64,000 nt of DNA, taken from contig JBITNC010000001.1 of the NCBI GenBank assembly GCA_050084985.1, positions 204,476,001 through 204,540,000 on the forward strand, written 5' to 3'. Positions within the stretch are counted from its first letter, which is position 1. Each line of letters begins with the position of its first letter. Shown piece after piece: positions 26,052-41,000 of this stretch. Origin of the DNA: Nageia nagi (taxonomy: Eukaryota > Plantae > Pinophyta). The notes under the pieces were generated by a model. That model saw nothing but the letters and a program-made list of their open reading frames with translations. It did no database searches and was not told the DNA's origin. The translations under genes and the position numbers were made by a program.

Positions 26052-29000
26052 TGTAACGACCCACCCAATTGCACTATTAAGACTTGAGTACCATCGAAGA
26101 TTTTAATGAGATTAAGTTTGAATTATGTCATGAGATGACTAATTTTGAATAGAGATATGCTTTATTTGTATCGATTTAATGTTGGTTTCAAGATTTTATG
26201 ACACATGTTACAAGTTGACTTGAGGTGGAAAGTGCGGATAAAGCCCCAAGGGACCAAGAATGAATTAGTGATAGGAATGGATTGGTAAGAGTGAGAAAAT
26301 GATTTGCGTTGGTTCGTTAACAAACCCTAATGACCATTGTAGATCATATAGATGCATGACATAATTATTAAGCATGATTATCAATTTTAATGATGAATGT
26401 GTGGATGTGTGTGTACATTAATGAATTTAACATATAGGACGAAGGGATAACTGTAGGGAAAAATGAGTGTTAAAACCTTGAATTGTATTTTTAAATTTAT
26501 TTCAAAAGAGGCAAGGAATATTCCATTCTTTTGAATTTAAAATTTTACTCGAGGTTTTTGGTAAAATGGGATAAAATTTAAAAGTGATAGTTAAAAAGGA
26601 TTAATGTCACTTATGGATGTTACAAGGATATTTTGTTAGGTTGTGAAAATAATTGAGATATGATCCCCACCTACTTTGTTTCTTTGTGTTAGGTGTAGAA
26701 ATAAATCGATTCAATTTGTGAGCTAATATAAAAGAGTCCAAAATATTTTACGATACCACACTTGCCAACAAATTTAATTTAGACCCACCTCACAAAAAAA
26801 AAAAAACTATAGCTTCCCCCATAAAAATTATTGAAGGGACAAGTAGACGCTTGTTTGAAAATATTATAGCCACCTTGGTTATAAATAAGGAGAGAAACCT
26901 TAAAAATAAAAACCTCATATCTCATTATTCTCTTTTCTTCTCAACTTGGTTTGGAGTTCCGTGGAGAAAGAAGCCCCCTTCACTCAAACCCAGGTGCTTT
27001 CCTTTGCATTTTAGATATTAAAACTAAAATGTCTAGCTAAAGATGTAGATTTATTTGATATTATTTAGTATGTTGTATGGAAACGATTGTTTGATAAAGC
27101 CTTACAAAATATTAATAAGTTAATTATTGATACTAGTCTAGCATGATATTTGTATTATTTGACATATGATGGCTTGGTACCATTTATCTTTTTGTAATAG
27201 AAAGGAAAGTAATTTATTATTTAAATATGATGATGGGAGGTTTCAAGTATAATGGTAAATGTAAAATATTTATATTACATATTTGATTCAAGAGACTAGT
27301 CCCTACCAAGAATGAGTCACGGTAGTCTATATAGTTGAAGACCCCGAATATCATTTCATCTCACTTTCAGGCTCCCTCGGCTCCACTCCCTTGCGTATAT
27401 AATACCATGGAATGGCGTTTCTTTGAGATGTTGGAATTAGATAATAGTAGGCTACTATAAAGTACTCCTTCCCTATCAATCTATTCCAATTCATGGCTCA
27501 AAAACAAGTCGATTATGGATGTAATCCACAGGATTGCAGGGTGAACCAATTTGGAGTTTCAAATCTCACCCATTCCACCTATTAGGATGTTTGGCCACAG
27601 TGTTTCCTGCAATCAAATTTAGAATCCCTCTCTTTCTCTCATCCTCGATGGTCTTACCAAATATTTAACTCTCGTGAGGTGTTTTCTACTCTGCTTTCTC
27701 CGTGGTCGTATTAGTCTCTGAGAATGACAAGAGATGCGTGATGCAATGCCTCCATATTCCAAGAGTATTGTGCCTGTATCAGGAACCCCCTACGTTTCGT
27801 CCATTCTGAATTGGCATGGATTATAGGTAAATAGGAGTGCCAAATCTTTTGGATGAAGCTTTTCTTGAGATTAAAAAGGCAAGAGAACAGTTTATTCCTT
27901 CTTACACTAGGAGAATTACGTAGGGGCCTGTCTCAGAAAACGCTTCAATGATGTACACTTCTAGATCTATGCGTTTGGCAAGAATTTCAGATAAATAAGT
28001 CACTAATTCCCTTTCCTGAAATTTCTCTTGAGATTAATGCCCTACCAAATCATATCAGCGTAATTAGATGACATTTCCGAATAGAAGAAGGTGTAGTTGT
28101 TCCGTAATGTCCACTTCGTATTCCGTGAAGGCTCTCGTTCGTGGCGTGCAACCTGCTTCAAGCCTTCATAGGCCATCATTGTGCGCGATAGGAATTATAG
28201 TCAAAAGATTATTTTTAGTCCACAAAATTAAGTGGTATTATCCAGAAACCACCATACTAACCCCTTCGTCACTTCTCAAAGCATCAGGGTTCATCGCCAG
28301 GCAATAATTCCTTCACAAGTTTAATTGAAAGGACTTCAAATAGATTTATGCGAAGTAAAAATGTTTTAAAATTAATTAAATTAGATGATATGATTTCTTT
28401 GAGAAGGTTAATATATAATAGGAGTAAATAGAGGTAGTAAATAAATGTTTGCAATATTTGTTACATATAATATCATGGTAAAGTTTAGATTACTTTTATT
28501 TTGTATAATAGTAAAGTTGTTATGATTTGAAATATGAATTTTTAACATTATTTGATTGCACCTTATGATTAGGGAAGGGAGGAAGTCCTATAAAGGACGT
28601 AAATCATCATGAGGTACGTAAAAATAGTTTTAAATGAATGAAAAGTCATGTAGATAGATTCATTGGCATCATGTTCATAAACAAGAAAAGGGTTGTCCTG
28701 ATCCTCAAAACTCCAAACCTTTCTTAGTACCCAATCCAATAACCTTTGGATCATTGGGGAATGCTTTAAAGATGAAGATGAAGAACTCTGCATCAAGAGG
28801 ATGAAGATATATTAAAGAGCTCTAGATCAAGATTTGAAATATTTGCCATGTATTTTCTTATTTAAAATTGTAAGGGAACCCTATTGTGAATAAAAAGGGA
28901 TGCCCTAATTAATTATACTTTGACATCATTATGTAAATATTTATTTAGAATGCAAGTTTGAAGAAATAACACTTGGTCGTTACATGTAATACATTAATGT

Positions 29001-31052
29001 TGTATGTTGCCTAATTTACTTGTTAATGTATTCCTGTTCGAAATCTCTTAAATGCTATAATAGGTACTTAAAATATATTATCAAGTGAAGACAATAGGTA
29101 ATATAATAACATTATAAATGTAGGATGATAAAAGAAAATACATTATCATGGAAATTGTTAATACAACGTTATAAATATTACTATGGGGAGTCCCTTAATG
29201 TATGGATAAATCTTAGAATCCCTATGTAATGATAGTACATCAAAATGCAAGAAAATTGTAATCCTTAACCTTATAATCATAGTCTTTTAATTTGTTTGAA
29301 TAAGGATTGACAAATTCTATTGTACTCTCAAGATATAATTCACATTATATAAAGAGAAAAGGGATTCTTAATACAAGGGAACTATTTAGTGATACTACAT
29401 AAGTATGGGTTAAAGATAAATCAAATTTTTAGAGATTTATACCATCAACCCTAGAGTCTGGCATATGAATCCTAGAAGGAAAACTTAATACATTTACACA
29501 TGAATATATTGTAAAAAGCTCAATTAATAAGGTAAGTAAAAGTCAAACCTAATATAAGTTATTCCTAATATCCCTAAAGAGACATATGGATATAGTCTAT
29601 ATTATGAAAGAAGAGGTTACCCTCCAGTTGAAAATAATTGAGGAGATTTTAGGGACCCTTGAGTATTGAAAGGGATCAAAATGAGATCTAATGGGATTAG
29701 TGTAATATCGATAAAGATGAGAACTACTAAGGGTTACTTTTCTTTAACAAAGAAAGAGGGAAGACTTAGGATTCAGTTCGGATCAATAATGTTCTTAGGA
29801 ATAGATGATCAAGTTAAAGAGAAGGGTTCAATGGTAAACCCTATATATAGTGGATTTTATGAGTAATGTCAAATCAATAAAGGTGAAAAAAAAATAGAAG
29901 TAACCTAGGTTTAAAGAGAAACCCTAAAGGAATAGAACCAAATTAAAAAGGAAATTTTGGATAGATTTAATGATGAAGGAAAATGATGTGAAATATTTAT
30001 TAGTTGAACCTCCTTTGCAAAATAATGAATAAAAATGATATACCTTGAGTGAGGACCACTTTGCATTGCACTTCCTTTTTAGAACTAGTTAACTTTAGTG
30101 TCATCTCAAGGCACGTTACTAAGCACTAGCATGAGAACTTTTATAAAGTAGTATTAAATATGTGGTACCATGAGTATGAAATAATACTTCCAGATATCTT
30201 GTGTGACTTCTTGAACAAGTTTGGTATTGAATCTTCCTACATACGATAGTGGTAACCCTAATAATTTAACTGAAATTTAATTATTTTAGGATCGATAAAA
30301 CATGGGTGGTTTTTATTTTATAATCCTACTTAAAATTAATTAGACTATACAAACCACTTAAGGGTATTGCTTCAATACCCATGGATCCCCAAGATATGGG
30401 CATGGGGATGTCAGAGCCCATGGGTAGCCTGCCCGATAGACATGGGTAGGATAGTGTGTCATATCCTCTATAGGGTGTCAGATGAGGGTAGCATTTGATA
30501 AGACTATAATTACTAGGTGAGGGTAATTTAGTAGTCATACTAATTGTAGTTTAGCACATAGGAGTATGATGATTGTTCCATAGGTGATAATATTTACCTA
30601 CTCATAAGAAAATTTTTCTAAGACAAACTATCTACTCCTATGAGTTGGAGGGTTATTATCAGGTGAGGATGCATAACCTAGTAGATATGCAATCTCTTAG
30701 ATGATATGGGCCTTGAGTAGGAAATCGTCATGCCATGTCCAAAATATCTGCTACATAATTCATGAAGAGGAAGTGGTGGGGTCACATAAGAGACATCTCC
30801 TCAATGGGATGAGCATTGAGAAGTGAACACTAGAAGAGATTTTATTAGGCTTGGTTAATCTAAATTTTAACTAATCTTACCATGTGAGTGCTGACTAGCT
30901 AGCAGTGCTGATATGCTCATATGGATCACCTGGTCCATTCCTAGATCATTCGAGTGTTTAAACTAATAAAAAATAAATTAATTCCAAATTTTTATGGTTC
31001 TAGATGTCAGGAATAGGTAAAAATGCTATAAGGAATAGGTGGATGCATTACA
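26052..31052 (+). repeat. Element E 5' LTR (5001 bp)
   Basis: tgtaacgacc...gcattaca; colinear with 35892-41000. Confidence 0.95.
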
Positions 31053-31178
31053 GTGGTATTAGAGCATCAAGTTCAAACTCTTGATCCTATGGTCCATAAT
31101 TATTTTACTATAGGAGTTTAGGAAGTCAAGATGAGTATGCTTGAGCATAATAACAACATCATTTGATAGACACAGATT

Positions 31179-34100
31179 ATGGAAATCCCAATATGTGTGA
31201 TAAGAGCTTTGGGAAACCTGCAACAAGGTGCTAGAAATGGCATTCCAGTGAATATCAATGCTAAGGAAAACCAAAGAAATGTTAGGGTCCAAAATGCAAG
31301 AAATAGAATAATGAGAAATGCCAATAGAAGGGTGCATAGCAATAATGATGAAATTTCATCAAGTCATTCCACACAAAATAATGGAGGAGAATAAGCCATC
31401 AGGATATTACAAGAGCAAGTGGTAGAGTAACAAGAAATAATAAACAATATACTAAATCAATGGGTTGAACCTTTGAGAGAATAACCTATTCCAAGATAAG
31501 TAAGACTTGAAGGGACGAATGACCAGATTTAGGTAAGAATTGAGCAAGAAATTACAACAGACATTAAGAAAGCCCAAATCCCAAAATTTAATGGTAAGCA
31601 AGAAGGAAAACAACTAGAAGTATGGTTAGAAGAATTAGGAACCTACTTCTCAATGAAGAACTTGTCACCAAAGACCAAAATGGTATGGGCTACATACAAT
31701 TTTTAAGATATTGCACTAGAGTGGTGGAATGCATATAAGATTGAGCATGGGATCTAGTACCTAAAGTGGTTAGAATTTATTGCAAGAGTTTGTAAGAGAT
31801 TCATTCACAATGTTTACTATGATAGAAAATATGAGGAGTACTATACTCTTCAACAAAGGTCCATGAGTGTTCAAAGCTACCATCAAAGATTTTTTAGGCT
31901 ACTCAAATATGTTCCAGAAGATAAGAATCACATGAATGTCCATAGATTCCTTGTTGAGTTAGATCCCAAGATTAAGACTATGGTAAATATACTAATTCCC
32001 AAAATTCTTAAAGAGGCATATGAACTTTCCAAAAGGGAAGAAAGAAATTTGGGTATCAAGAAGACTTTTGTGAATTATAATCTTTCAGATGAAAATGATA
32101 AGGAAGTCTATCAGAAGAGTAAAAGTATAGAGCATCAAGCATAAAAAAAAATAAAAATAAATAAAAGATCAAGGACTATAATCATAGATACAAGGATGGT
32201 TATCCCTCCAAATTTGAGAAGAGGCCATTTGGAAATAAGGGTTATAAGAAGAAGGATTTTTAGAGAAGAAATTAGTAGTTTTGTAAGCAAAATCATAACC
32301 TTGGAAATAGAAACCAAGGTTTCAGAAACCATGATTAAGAATTTCTAGATCAAAGAGGTAATCAAGATAAGTTTCCAAAATAAAATAAGGCTCCTCGAGA
32401 TGGATGCTAAAATTGTGGTGGAGCTCACTATGCCAATCAGTATCCCTTGAAGATAGATCCACCCAAAGAGCATCGAATCTATGCAGCTATTGGATCAAGA
32501 TAGACTAAAGCATAGGCCATACCTCTTCAAATCCTTGGTAAAATTTTTGACAAATATTTTAGAGTTTTGATAGATTATGGTGCTATAGATATTTTTATTT
32601 CAAATTCCTTAGTTAAGGACATGGTAAAGGCACCAAATTGTTTTAAAAATGGGTGGCAAGTGGAGTTTGGATTAAGTCAAAAATATCTTGTTATACAATG
32701 CTTTAAGGATGTTGAAATAGAATTATCCAAGGGGTCTATTGTGTGGGATTTGTATATGGTTCCCTTAGCCTCATATGATATCATATTAGGCATGGATTGG
32801 TTGATGGTACAAAAAGCTCTAATCAAATTTTAGGAAAGATGGGTAGAATACACTGATGTATCTCAAAATCAATACAGGGTGTCCAGTGATCAAGGATCTT
32901 TTAACCCCTATTTGATCACAACCATGCAAGTTAAAAGAAGCATTAGGAAAAGAGAGATGATTTATGCAATCAAAATTAAGGAAGTGGAGCAATAGGATAA
33001 AGAGGTAGATTTGCTAAATAATTACCCTATGTTAAGAGAATAAAAAGATATATTCCCTAAAGATCTACCCAAATTACCCACAAAATGAGAATTTGATTTC
33101 TTAATAGACCTAGTACTAGGAGCAGAATCTATTTCTATACCCCCACATGGAATGAATACCATTGAGATATAGGAGTTGAAGGTACAATTGCAAGATTTAT
33201 TAGAGAAAGGGTTGATAAAACCTAGTGTATCACCATAGGGTGCTCCTGTGTTGTTTGTGAAAAAGAACTATGGAAATTTAAGCTTATGTATCAATTATAG
33301 GATGTTGAACAAGGTCATCATCAAGAATAGGTATCCTCTATCGAGGATTGATGATTTGTTCGACCAACTCAAGGATGTTATTTTCTCCAAGATAGATATG
33401 AGACTGGGATACCATCAATTGATAATTAAAGGATCAAAAACCCATAACATAACTTTTAAAACTAGGTATGGACACTATGAGTTTATGGTATTACCTTTTA
33501 GGCTAACAAAGGCTCCTATAGAATTCATGAATTTGATGAATAGTGTCTACTAAGAATACCTAAAAATGTTTGTGTTAGTATTTCTGGATGATATCCTCAT
33601 ATACTCAAACAATGAGGAGGAACATAATCACCATCTAAGGTTAGCTCTAAAGGTGTTGAGAAGAAATCAATTATATGGAAAACTATCAAAGTGTGACTTT
33701 TTTGTTTCACAAATTTAGTATTTAAGCCACATCATCTCTACAGAAGGAATTTTTACCAACAAATGTGATTGAGGTAAGGGGTTTCATGGGATTAGCTAGG
33801 TACTATCTAAGATTTATCCAAAAAAAACTAAAAATAGCCAATCCCATCACTAGTCTTTAGAAGAAGAATAAAGTTCTCACTATCCCTAACCTACATGGTG
33901 ATTTTGCAACCTTAAAAGAAAAATGTAAAAAAGATTTTGCAACCTTAAAAAACAAATGTACCTAGCATCAGTTCTCACTATCCCTAACCCACACGATGAT
34001 TTTGTAGTATGTATAGATGCTTCACTAGAAAGTTTAGGTGATGTGTTGTCACAAAATGGAAATCTAGTAGCACATGAATCTAGAAAATTTAAAATACATG

Positions 34101-35802
34101 ATTTGAAATATGCAACTCATGATTTGAAGTTGGCAGCTATAGTCCATGCACTCAAAATGTGGAGACACTACCTTTTAGAAAAGCCTTTCAAACTTGAAAT
34201 AGATCACCAAAGTCTAAAGTATTTATTCACTCAGCCAGATCTAAATGCTAGGTAAAGATGATGGATAAAATTTGTAGCTAAATGTGATTTTGGCATTGAG
34301 TATATCTAGGAAAGGGGAAAAAGTGGTAGATGCTTTGATTCATAGGTGACATGTTAATGCCATGAAAAGAAGTTAATTTGACTTGTTTGACCAAGTAAAA
34401 GTTTTGCAGTAAGAAGACTCGTATTGGAGATCCATACAAGAATTGATAGGGAGAGGTACCCCATCATCCCAAGATTTTATTGAGAAAGATGAAATTATTT
34501 ATTTTAGGGATAGATTAGTCATCCTAGAGAAGGGAAATTTGAGAAGTTTAATCATGCAAGAAGCCCATCATCCCCCTATGTAGCACATATGGGAGGTACA
34601 AAGATGAGAGAAGATCTAAAATATAGATTTTATTAGGATAGAATGAAAAAAGGCATAGAAAAAATTATGACAAGATGCCTTGAATGTCAAAAAGTGAAGG
34701 TTGAACATCAACATCTAGGTAGATATATGTATCCACATGATGTTCTTATGTTGAAATGGCAAGTGATTTCTATGGATTTTATTATTGGTTTTCTAAAAAC
34801 CAGGTTATATCATGAATCAATTACGATAGTGGTTGATAGATTAACCAAGGTAGCAAATTTTATACCTGGTAATACCACTGATGATGCTCTTATAGTAGAA
34901 AATAAGTTTTCCCATGAAATATTTATATTGTATGGATTTTGTAAGGTGATCATATCAGATAGAGATTCTAAGTTCACCTATGGCTTTTGAAAATCATTGG
35001 ATAAAGCATTGGAAAAAAAATTGATTATGAGTTCAACATATCACCCTGAGATAGATGGGTAGACTAAATGAGTGAATAGAGTCCTTAAGGACATGCTCAA
35101 AATGTATTACATGAAGAAAAAGAATAAATGGGAGGATTATCTCTATTTATTCAAATTTGCTTATAATAATGGATATCATTCATCTATGAGAATGGATCCT
35201 TTTGAGGATCTTTATAGAAGGAGATGTAGGAATCCTTTATCTTGGGATAATCAGGAGGATTGGGTGATGATCTAGCCTAAGATGTTAAAGAAAATGAAGG
35301 AGTAGCAAAAGTTAATTCGATAAAAGTTGAAGGAAGCTACTGATCGATAAAAGAGTAATGCTGATCTTAAGAGAACTTCTCAAGAATTTGCTAGGGATGA
35401 AAAAGTATTTTTATGATTTTGACCATGAAGAGTGCCATAAAGTCTACCAAATTGGATCCTTGGTTTGTTGGTCCTTTTGAGATAGTAAAAAAGAAGAGTC
35501 CAGTTGCCTACAAACTTACTTTGCCACCAAGTTTGTCAAAAATGCATAATGTCTTTCATGTCTCTTTGCTGAGAAAGTATGTTACTGATCCCTCTCATGT
35601 GTTGGATTTATCATATTTGTAGATGTTGAAACATCATGCTGTTGAAGTTCTCCCTATTAGAATTCTAGCTTTTAGAACTAGGAAACTGAGAAGTTAGGAG
35701 ATTAATGAGTGTCTAATGCAATGTGATAAGTATTCTGAATTATCTTCCACATGGGAATATGAAACCACTGTGAGAAGATAATTTCCTTATCTATTTAAAT
35801 GA
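31179..35802 (+). pseudogene. Decayed gag-pol of element E (gag-CCHC-PR-RT-RH-INT-chromodomain)
   Basis: Zinc knuckle ~32405; LIDYGA ~32567; [15 protein letters not shown] and FLDD ~33330-33590; RH DAS...ALKMWRHYL; INT WQVISMDFI...SDRDSKF; GPFEI motif; chromodomain ECL.Q....STWE...FPYLF. Confidence 0.95.
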
Positions 35803-35891
35803 TTATATGAAGCATTTTCAAAACTTTGTGATTGTATTATGATTTTATTTAAGAATATAAGGGATTGTGTTCCTTTTTAAGGGGGATAGTA

Positions 35892-38800
35892 TGTAATGAC
35901 CTACCCAATTGCACTGTTAAGATTAGAGTACTATCAAGGATTTTAATGATATTAAGTTTGAATTATGTTATGAGATGGCTAATTTTGAATAGAGATATGC
36001 TTTATTTGTGTCGGCTTGATACTGACTTCGAAATTTTATGACATAGGTTACAGGTTGACTCGAGATGAAAAGTGCAGATAAAGACCCAAGGACCAAGGTT
36101 GAACTAGTGATGGGAACAAATTGATAAGAGTGAGTAAATGATTGGTATTAGTTTACTAACAAACCCTAATGACCATCGTAGATCATATAGATGCATCACA
36201 TAATTATTAAGCATGATTGTTGATTTTGATGATGAATGTGTGTGTACACTAATGAATTTACCATGCAGGATGAAGGGATCATCGTAGGTAAAAATGAGTG
36301 TTAAAACCCTAAAGTTTATTTTCAAAATTTATTTTGAAAGAGGCAAGGAATATTCCATTCTTTTGAATTTAAAATTTTACTCAAGATTTTTGTTGAAATG
36401 GGGTGAAATTTAAAAGTGGTAGTAAAAAAGGACTAATGACACTTATGGATGTTACAAGGGTAGTTAAAAAGGACTAATGTCACTTGTGGATGTTACAATA
36501 GTGTTTTGTTAGGTTATGAAAATAATTGAGATATGATCCCCACCTACTTTGTTGCTTTGTGTTAAGTGTAGAAATAATTGGATTCAATTTGTAATACAAC
36601 TCCACACTTGCAACAAATTTAATTTAGACCCACTTAAAAAAAAAAAAAAACTATAGCTTCCTCCACAAAAATTATTGAAGGGACGAGTAGAAACTTGGTT
36701 GGAAATATTATAGCCACCTTGGTTATAAATAAGGAGAGAAATCTTAGAAAGAAACACCTCATATCTCATTATTCTCTTTTCTTCTCAACATGGTCTAGAG
36801 TCCCATGGAAAAAGAAGCCCCCTTCACTTAATCCTAGGTGCTTTCCTTTGTATTTTAGACATTAAAACTAAAATGGCTACCTAAAGATGTAAATTTATTT
36901 TATATTATTTAGTATGTTGCATGGAAAAGATTTTTTGATAAAGGCTTTTGAAATATTAATAAGTTAATTATTGATACTAGTCTAACTTTTATTGCAAAGG
37001 CATGCTATTTGTATTATTTGACATGTGATGGCTTGGTACTATTTGTCTTTTTATAATAGAAAGGAGAGTAGTTTATTATTTAAATATGTTGATGGAAGGT
37101 TTTGAGTACAATGGTATATGCAAAATATTTATATTACATATTTGATTCAAGAGACTAATCCCTACCAAGAATGAGTCACGAGAGTCTATATAGTTGAAGA
37201 ACCTGAGTATCATTTCGCCTCACTTGCAGGCTCCCCCGACTCCACTCCCGTGCGTATATACTGCCATGGAATGGCGTTTCTATGAGATGTTGGAATTAGA
37301 TAATATTAGGCTACTATAAAGTACTCCTTCCCTATCAATCTATGCTAATTCATGGCTAAAAAATAAGTCGATTATGGATGTAATCCACAAGATTGGAAGG
37401 TGAACCAATTTTGAGTTTCAAATCTCATCCATTCCACCTATTAGTATGTTTGACCACAGATTTTCCTGCAATCAAATTTAGAATCCCTCTCTTTCTCTCA
37501 TCCTCGATGGTCTTACCAAATATTTAACTCCCGTGAGGTGTTTTCTACTCTGCTTTCTCTGTGGTTGTATTAGTCTCTGAAAATGATAAAGAGATGTATG
37601 ATGCAATGCCTCCGTATTCCAAGAGTATTTTGCCTATCTCAGGAACACCCTACGTTTTTCCCATTTTGAATTGGCACAAATTATAGATAAATAGTAATAC
37701 CAAATCTTTTGGACAATACTTTTCTTGAGATTTATAAGGCAAGAGTACAGTTTATTCCTCCTTACACTAAGAGCATTGCATAGGGCTTGTCTCAGAAAAC
37801 TCTTCAATGATGTACACTTCCAAATTTGTGCGTTTGGTAAGAAGCTCAGATAAATAAGTCACTAAGTCCCTTGTCTAACATTTTCTCTTGAGCTTAATGC
37901 CCTACAAAATCATATCAACGTAATTAGATGACATTTTCATATGGAAAATGGTCTAGCTATTCAATAATGTCCACTTCGTAGTACGTTAAGGCTCTCATTC
38001 ATGGTGTGCGACCTGGTTCGAGCCTTCATAGGCTATCATTTTGTACGATAGGGATTATAGTCAAAAGATTATTTTTAGTCCACAAAATTAAGTGGTATTA
38101 GACAGAAACCACCATATGAACCTCTTTATCCCTTTTCAAAGCATCAGGGTTAATCACCAGGCAGTAATTCCTTCACAAGTTTAATTGAAAGGATTTTAAA
38201 TAGACTTATGTGAAGTAAAAATGTTTTGAAATCAATTAAATTAGATGATATGATTTATTTGAGAAGGTTAATATTTAATAGGAGTGAATAGAGGTAGTAA
38301 ATAAATGTTTGTAATATTTGTTACATATAATAATATGGTAAAATTTAGATTATTTGTATTTTGTATAATAGTAAAGTTGTTATGATTTGAATATTAGTTA
38401 TGAAAAAGATGATGAGAAATGTATGTGATGAGACATCATTTAATTAATAGTGTGTATCAAGCATCATTAAAATGTAATTAAAGGATGAAATATGAATTTT
38501 TAACATTATTCGATTGCACCCCATGTCTAAGGAAGGGAGGTAGTCCTAGAAAGGACATAAATCCTCCTGAGATTTGTAAAAATAGTTTAAATGAATGAGA
38601 AGTCATGTAGATAGACTCATTTGCATCATGGTCATAAACAAGAAAAGGGTTTTCCTAATCCTCAAAGTTCCAAACCTTTCTTAGTACCCAATCTAATAAC
38701 CTTTGGATAGTTGTGGAAAGCTTGAAAGATGAAGATGAGGGACTCTACATTAAGAGGACAAAGATATATTGAAGAGTTCTAGATCAAGCTTTGAAATATT

Positions 38801-41000
38801 TGCCATGTATTTTCTTGTGTAAAATTGTAAGGGAACCCTATTGTGAATAAAAAGGGATGCCCTACTTCATTATACTTTGGCATCATTATGTAAACATTTA
38901 TTTGGAATGCAAGTTTGAAGAAATAACACTTGGTTGTTACATGTAATCCATTAATGTTGTATGTGGCCTAATTTACTTGTTGATGTGTTCCTATTCACAA
39001 TCTCTTAAATGCTATAATAGGTACTTAAAATATATTCTCAAGTGAAGGAAATAGGTAATATAAGAACATTATAAATGTAGGATGATAAAAGAAAATAAAT
39101 TACCATGGATATTGTTAATACAACCTTACTTATAAATATTACTATGGGGAGTCCCTTAATGTATGGATAAACCTTAGAATCCCTATGTAATGATAGTACA
39201 TCAAAATGCAAGAAAATTATAATCCTTAACCTTATAATCATAGTATTTTAATTGTTTGAATAAGGATTGACAAATTCTATTATGATCTCAAAATATAATT
39301 CACATTATATAAAGAGAAAAGGGATTGTTAATACTAGGGAACTATTTAGTGATACTATATAAGTATAGGTTAAAGATAAATCAAATTTTTAGGGATTTAT
39401 ACCATCAACTCTAAAGTCTCGCATATGAATCCTAGAAGAAAAACTTAGTACATTTACACAAGAACATATCGTAAGAAGCTCAATTAATAAGGGAAGTAAA
39501 AGTCAAACCTAATATAAGTTATTCTTAATATCCCTAAAGAGACATACGAATATAGTCTGTATTATGAAAGACAAGGTGACCCTACGGTTGAAATTAATTA
39601 AGGAGATTTTAGGGACCCTTGAGTATTGAAAGGGATCAAAATGGGATCAAATGGGATTAGTGTAAAATCGATAAAGATGAGAACTACTAAGGGTTACTTA
39701 CCTTTAACAAAGAAAGAGGGAAGACTTAGGATTCACTTATGATCAATAATGTTCTTGGGGATAGATGATCAAGTTAAAGAGAAGGGTTCAATGGTAAACC
39801 CTATATATAGTGGATTTTATGAGTAATGTCAAAATAATAAAGGTGGAAAATAAATTTGGAAGTAACCTAGGTTTAAAGAGAAACCTTAGAGGAATAGAAT
39901 TGTCTTAAAAGAGAAATTTTGTATGAATTCAATGATGAAGAAAAATGATGTGGAATATTCATTACTTGAACCTCCCTTGTAAAATGATGAACAAAAAATA
40001 TATACCTTGAGTGAGGACCATTTTGTATTGCACTTCCTTTTTATAAGTAGTTGACTTTAGTGTCATCTCAAGGCACATTACTAAACACTAGCATGAGAAC
40101 TCTTATAAAGTAATATTAAACACACAATACCATGCATATGGGATAATACTTTTAGATATCTTGTGTGACTTCCTAAACAAGCTTGGTATTGAATCTTCCT
40201 GCATATAATATTGGTAACCCTAATAATTGAATTAGGATTTAATTATTTTAGGATCGATAGAACATGGGTGATTTTTATTTTATAATTTTGCTTAAAATTA
40301 GGTAGACTAGACAAACCACTTAACGGTATTCCTTCAATACCCATGGCTCCTCAAGATATGGGCACGAGGATGCCAAACCCCATGGTGAGCCTACTTGATA
40401 GATATGGGTAGGCTAGTGTCGCATATCCTTGACAAGGTGTTAGATGAGAGTAGAAATTGATAAAACTATGGTTACCAGGTGAGGGTAATTTAGTAGTCAT
40501 ACTACTTGTAGTTTAGCATATAGGAGTATGAATATTGTTCCATATGCAGTTATATTTACCCATTCATAAGGAATTTTACCTAGAAAAAACTATCTACTCC
40601 TATGAGTCAGAGGGTTATCATCGAACGAGGATGCATAACCTAATGGATGTGCATTCTCTTGGGTGAAGTCGAAAATCACTACATTATATCTAAAATGTTT
40701 GTTGCATAGTTCATGAAGCAAAAATGGGGGGTCACATACGAGGCATCTCCTTAATAGAATGAGCATTGAGAAGTGAACACTAGAAGAGATTTGATCAGGG
40801 TTGGTTAATACAAATTTTAACCAATCTTTTCATATGAGTGCTGACTAGCTAGCAGGATCGATATGCTCATATGGATCACTTGGTCCATTCCTAGATCATT
40901 TGAGTTTTTAAACTAATAAAAAAAATTAGGTTTAAATATTTAGGGTTTTGGATGTTAGAAATAGGTAAAAATGCTATTGAGAATAAGTGGATGCATTACA
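35892..41000 (+). repeat. Element E 3' LTR (5109 bp)
   Basis: Copy of the 5' LTR, with ~100 bp extra at ~38391-38490 and a 43-bp tandem duplication at ~36420-36497. Confidence 0.95.

Larger units (their letters stand above)
26052..41000 (+). mobile_element. Element E: full-length Tekay/Del-like chromovirus with ~5-kb LTRs
   Basis: LTRs 26052-31052 and 35892-41000; perfect TSD ttaga (26047-26051, 41001-41005); PBS tggtattagagc 31054-31065; PPT aagggggatag 35879-35889. Confidence 0.95.

Noticed and set aside
27312-28307. Long decayed ORF in the CpG-rich LTR segment (incl. ORF 28068-28307)
   Set aside because: All six frames have many stops and no recognisable motif.
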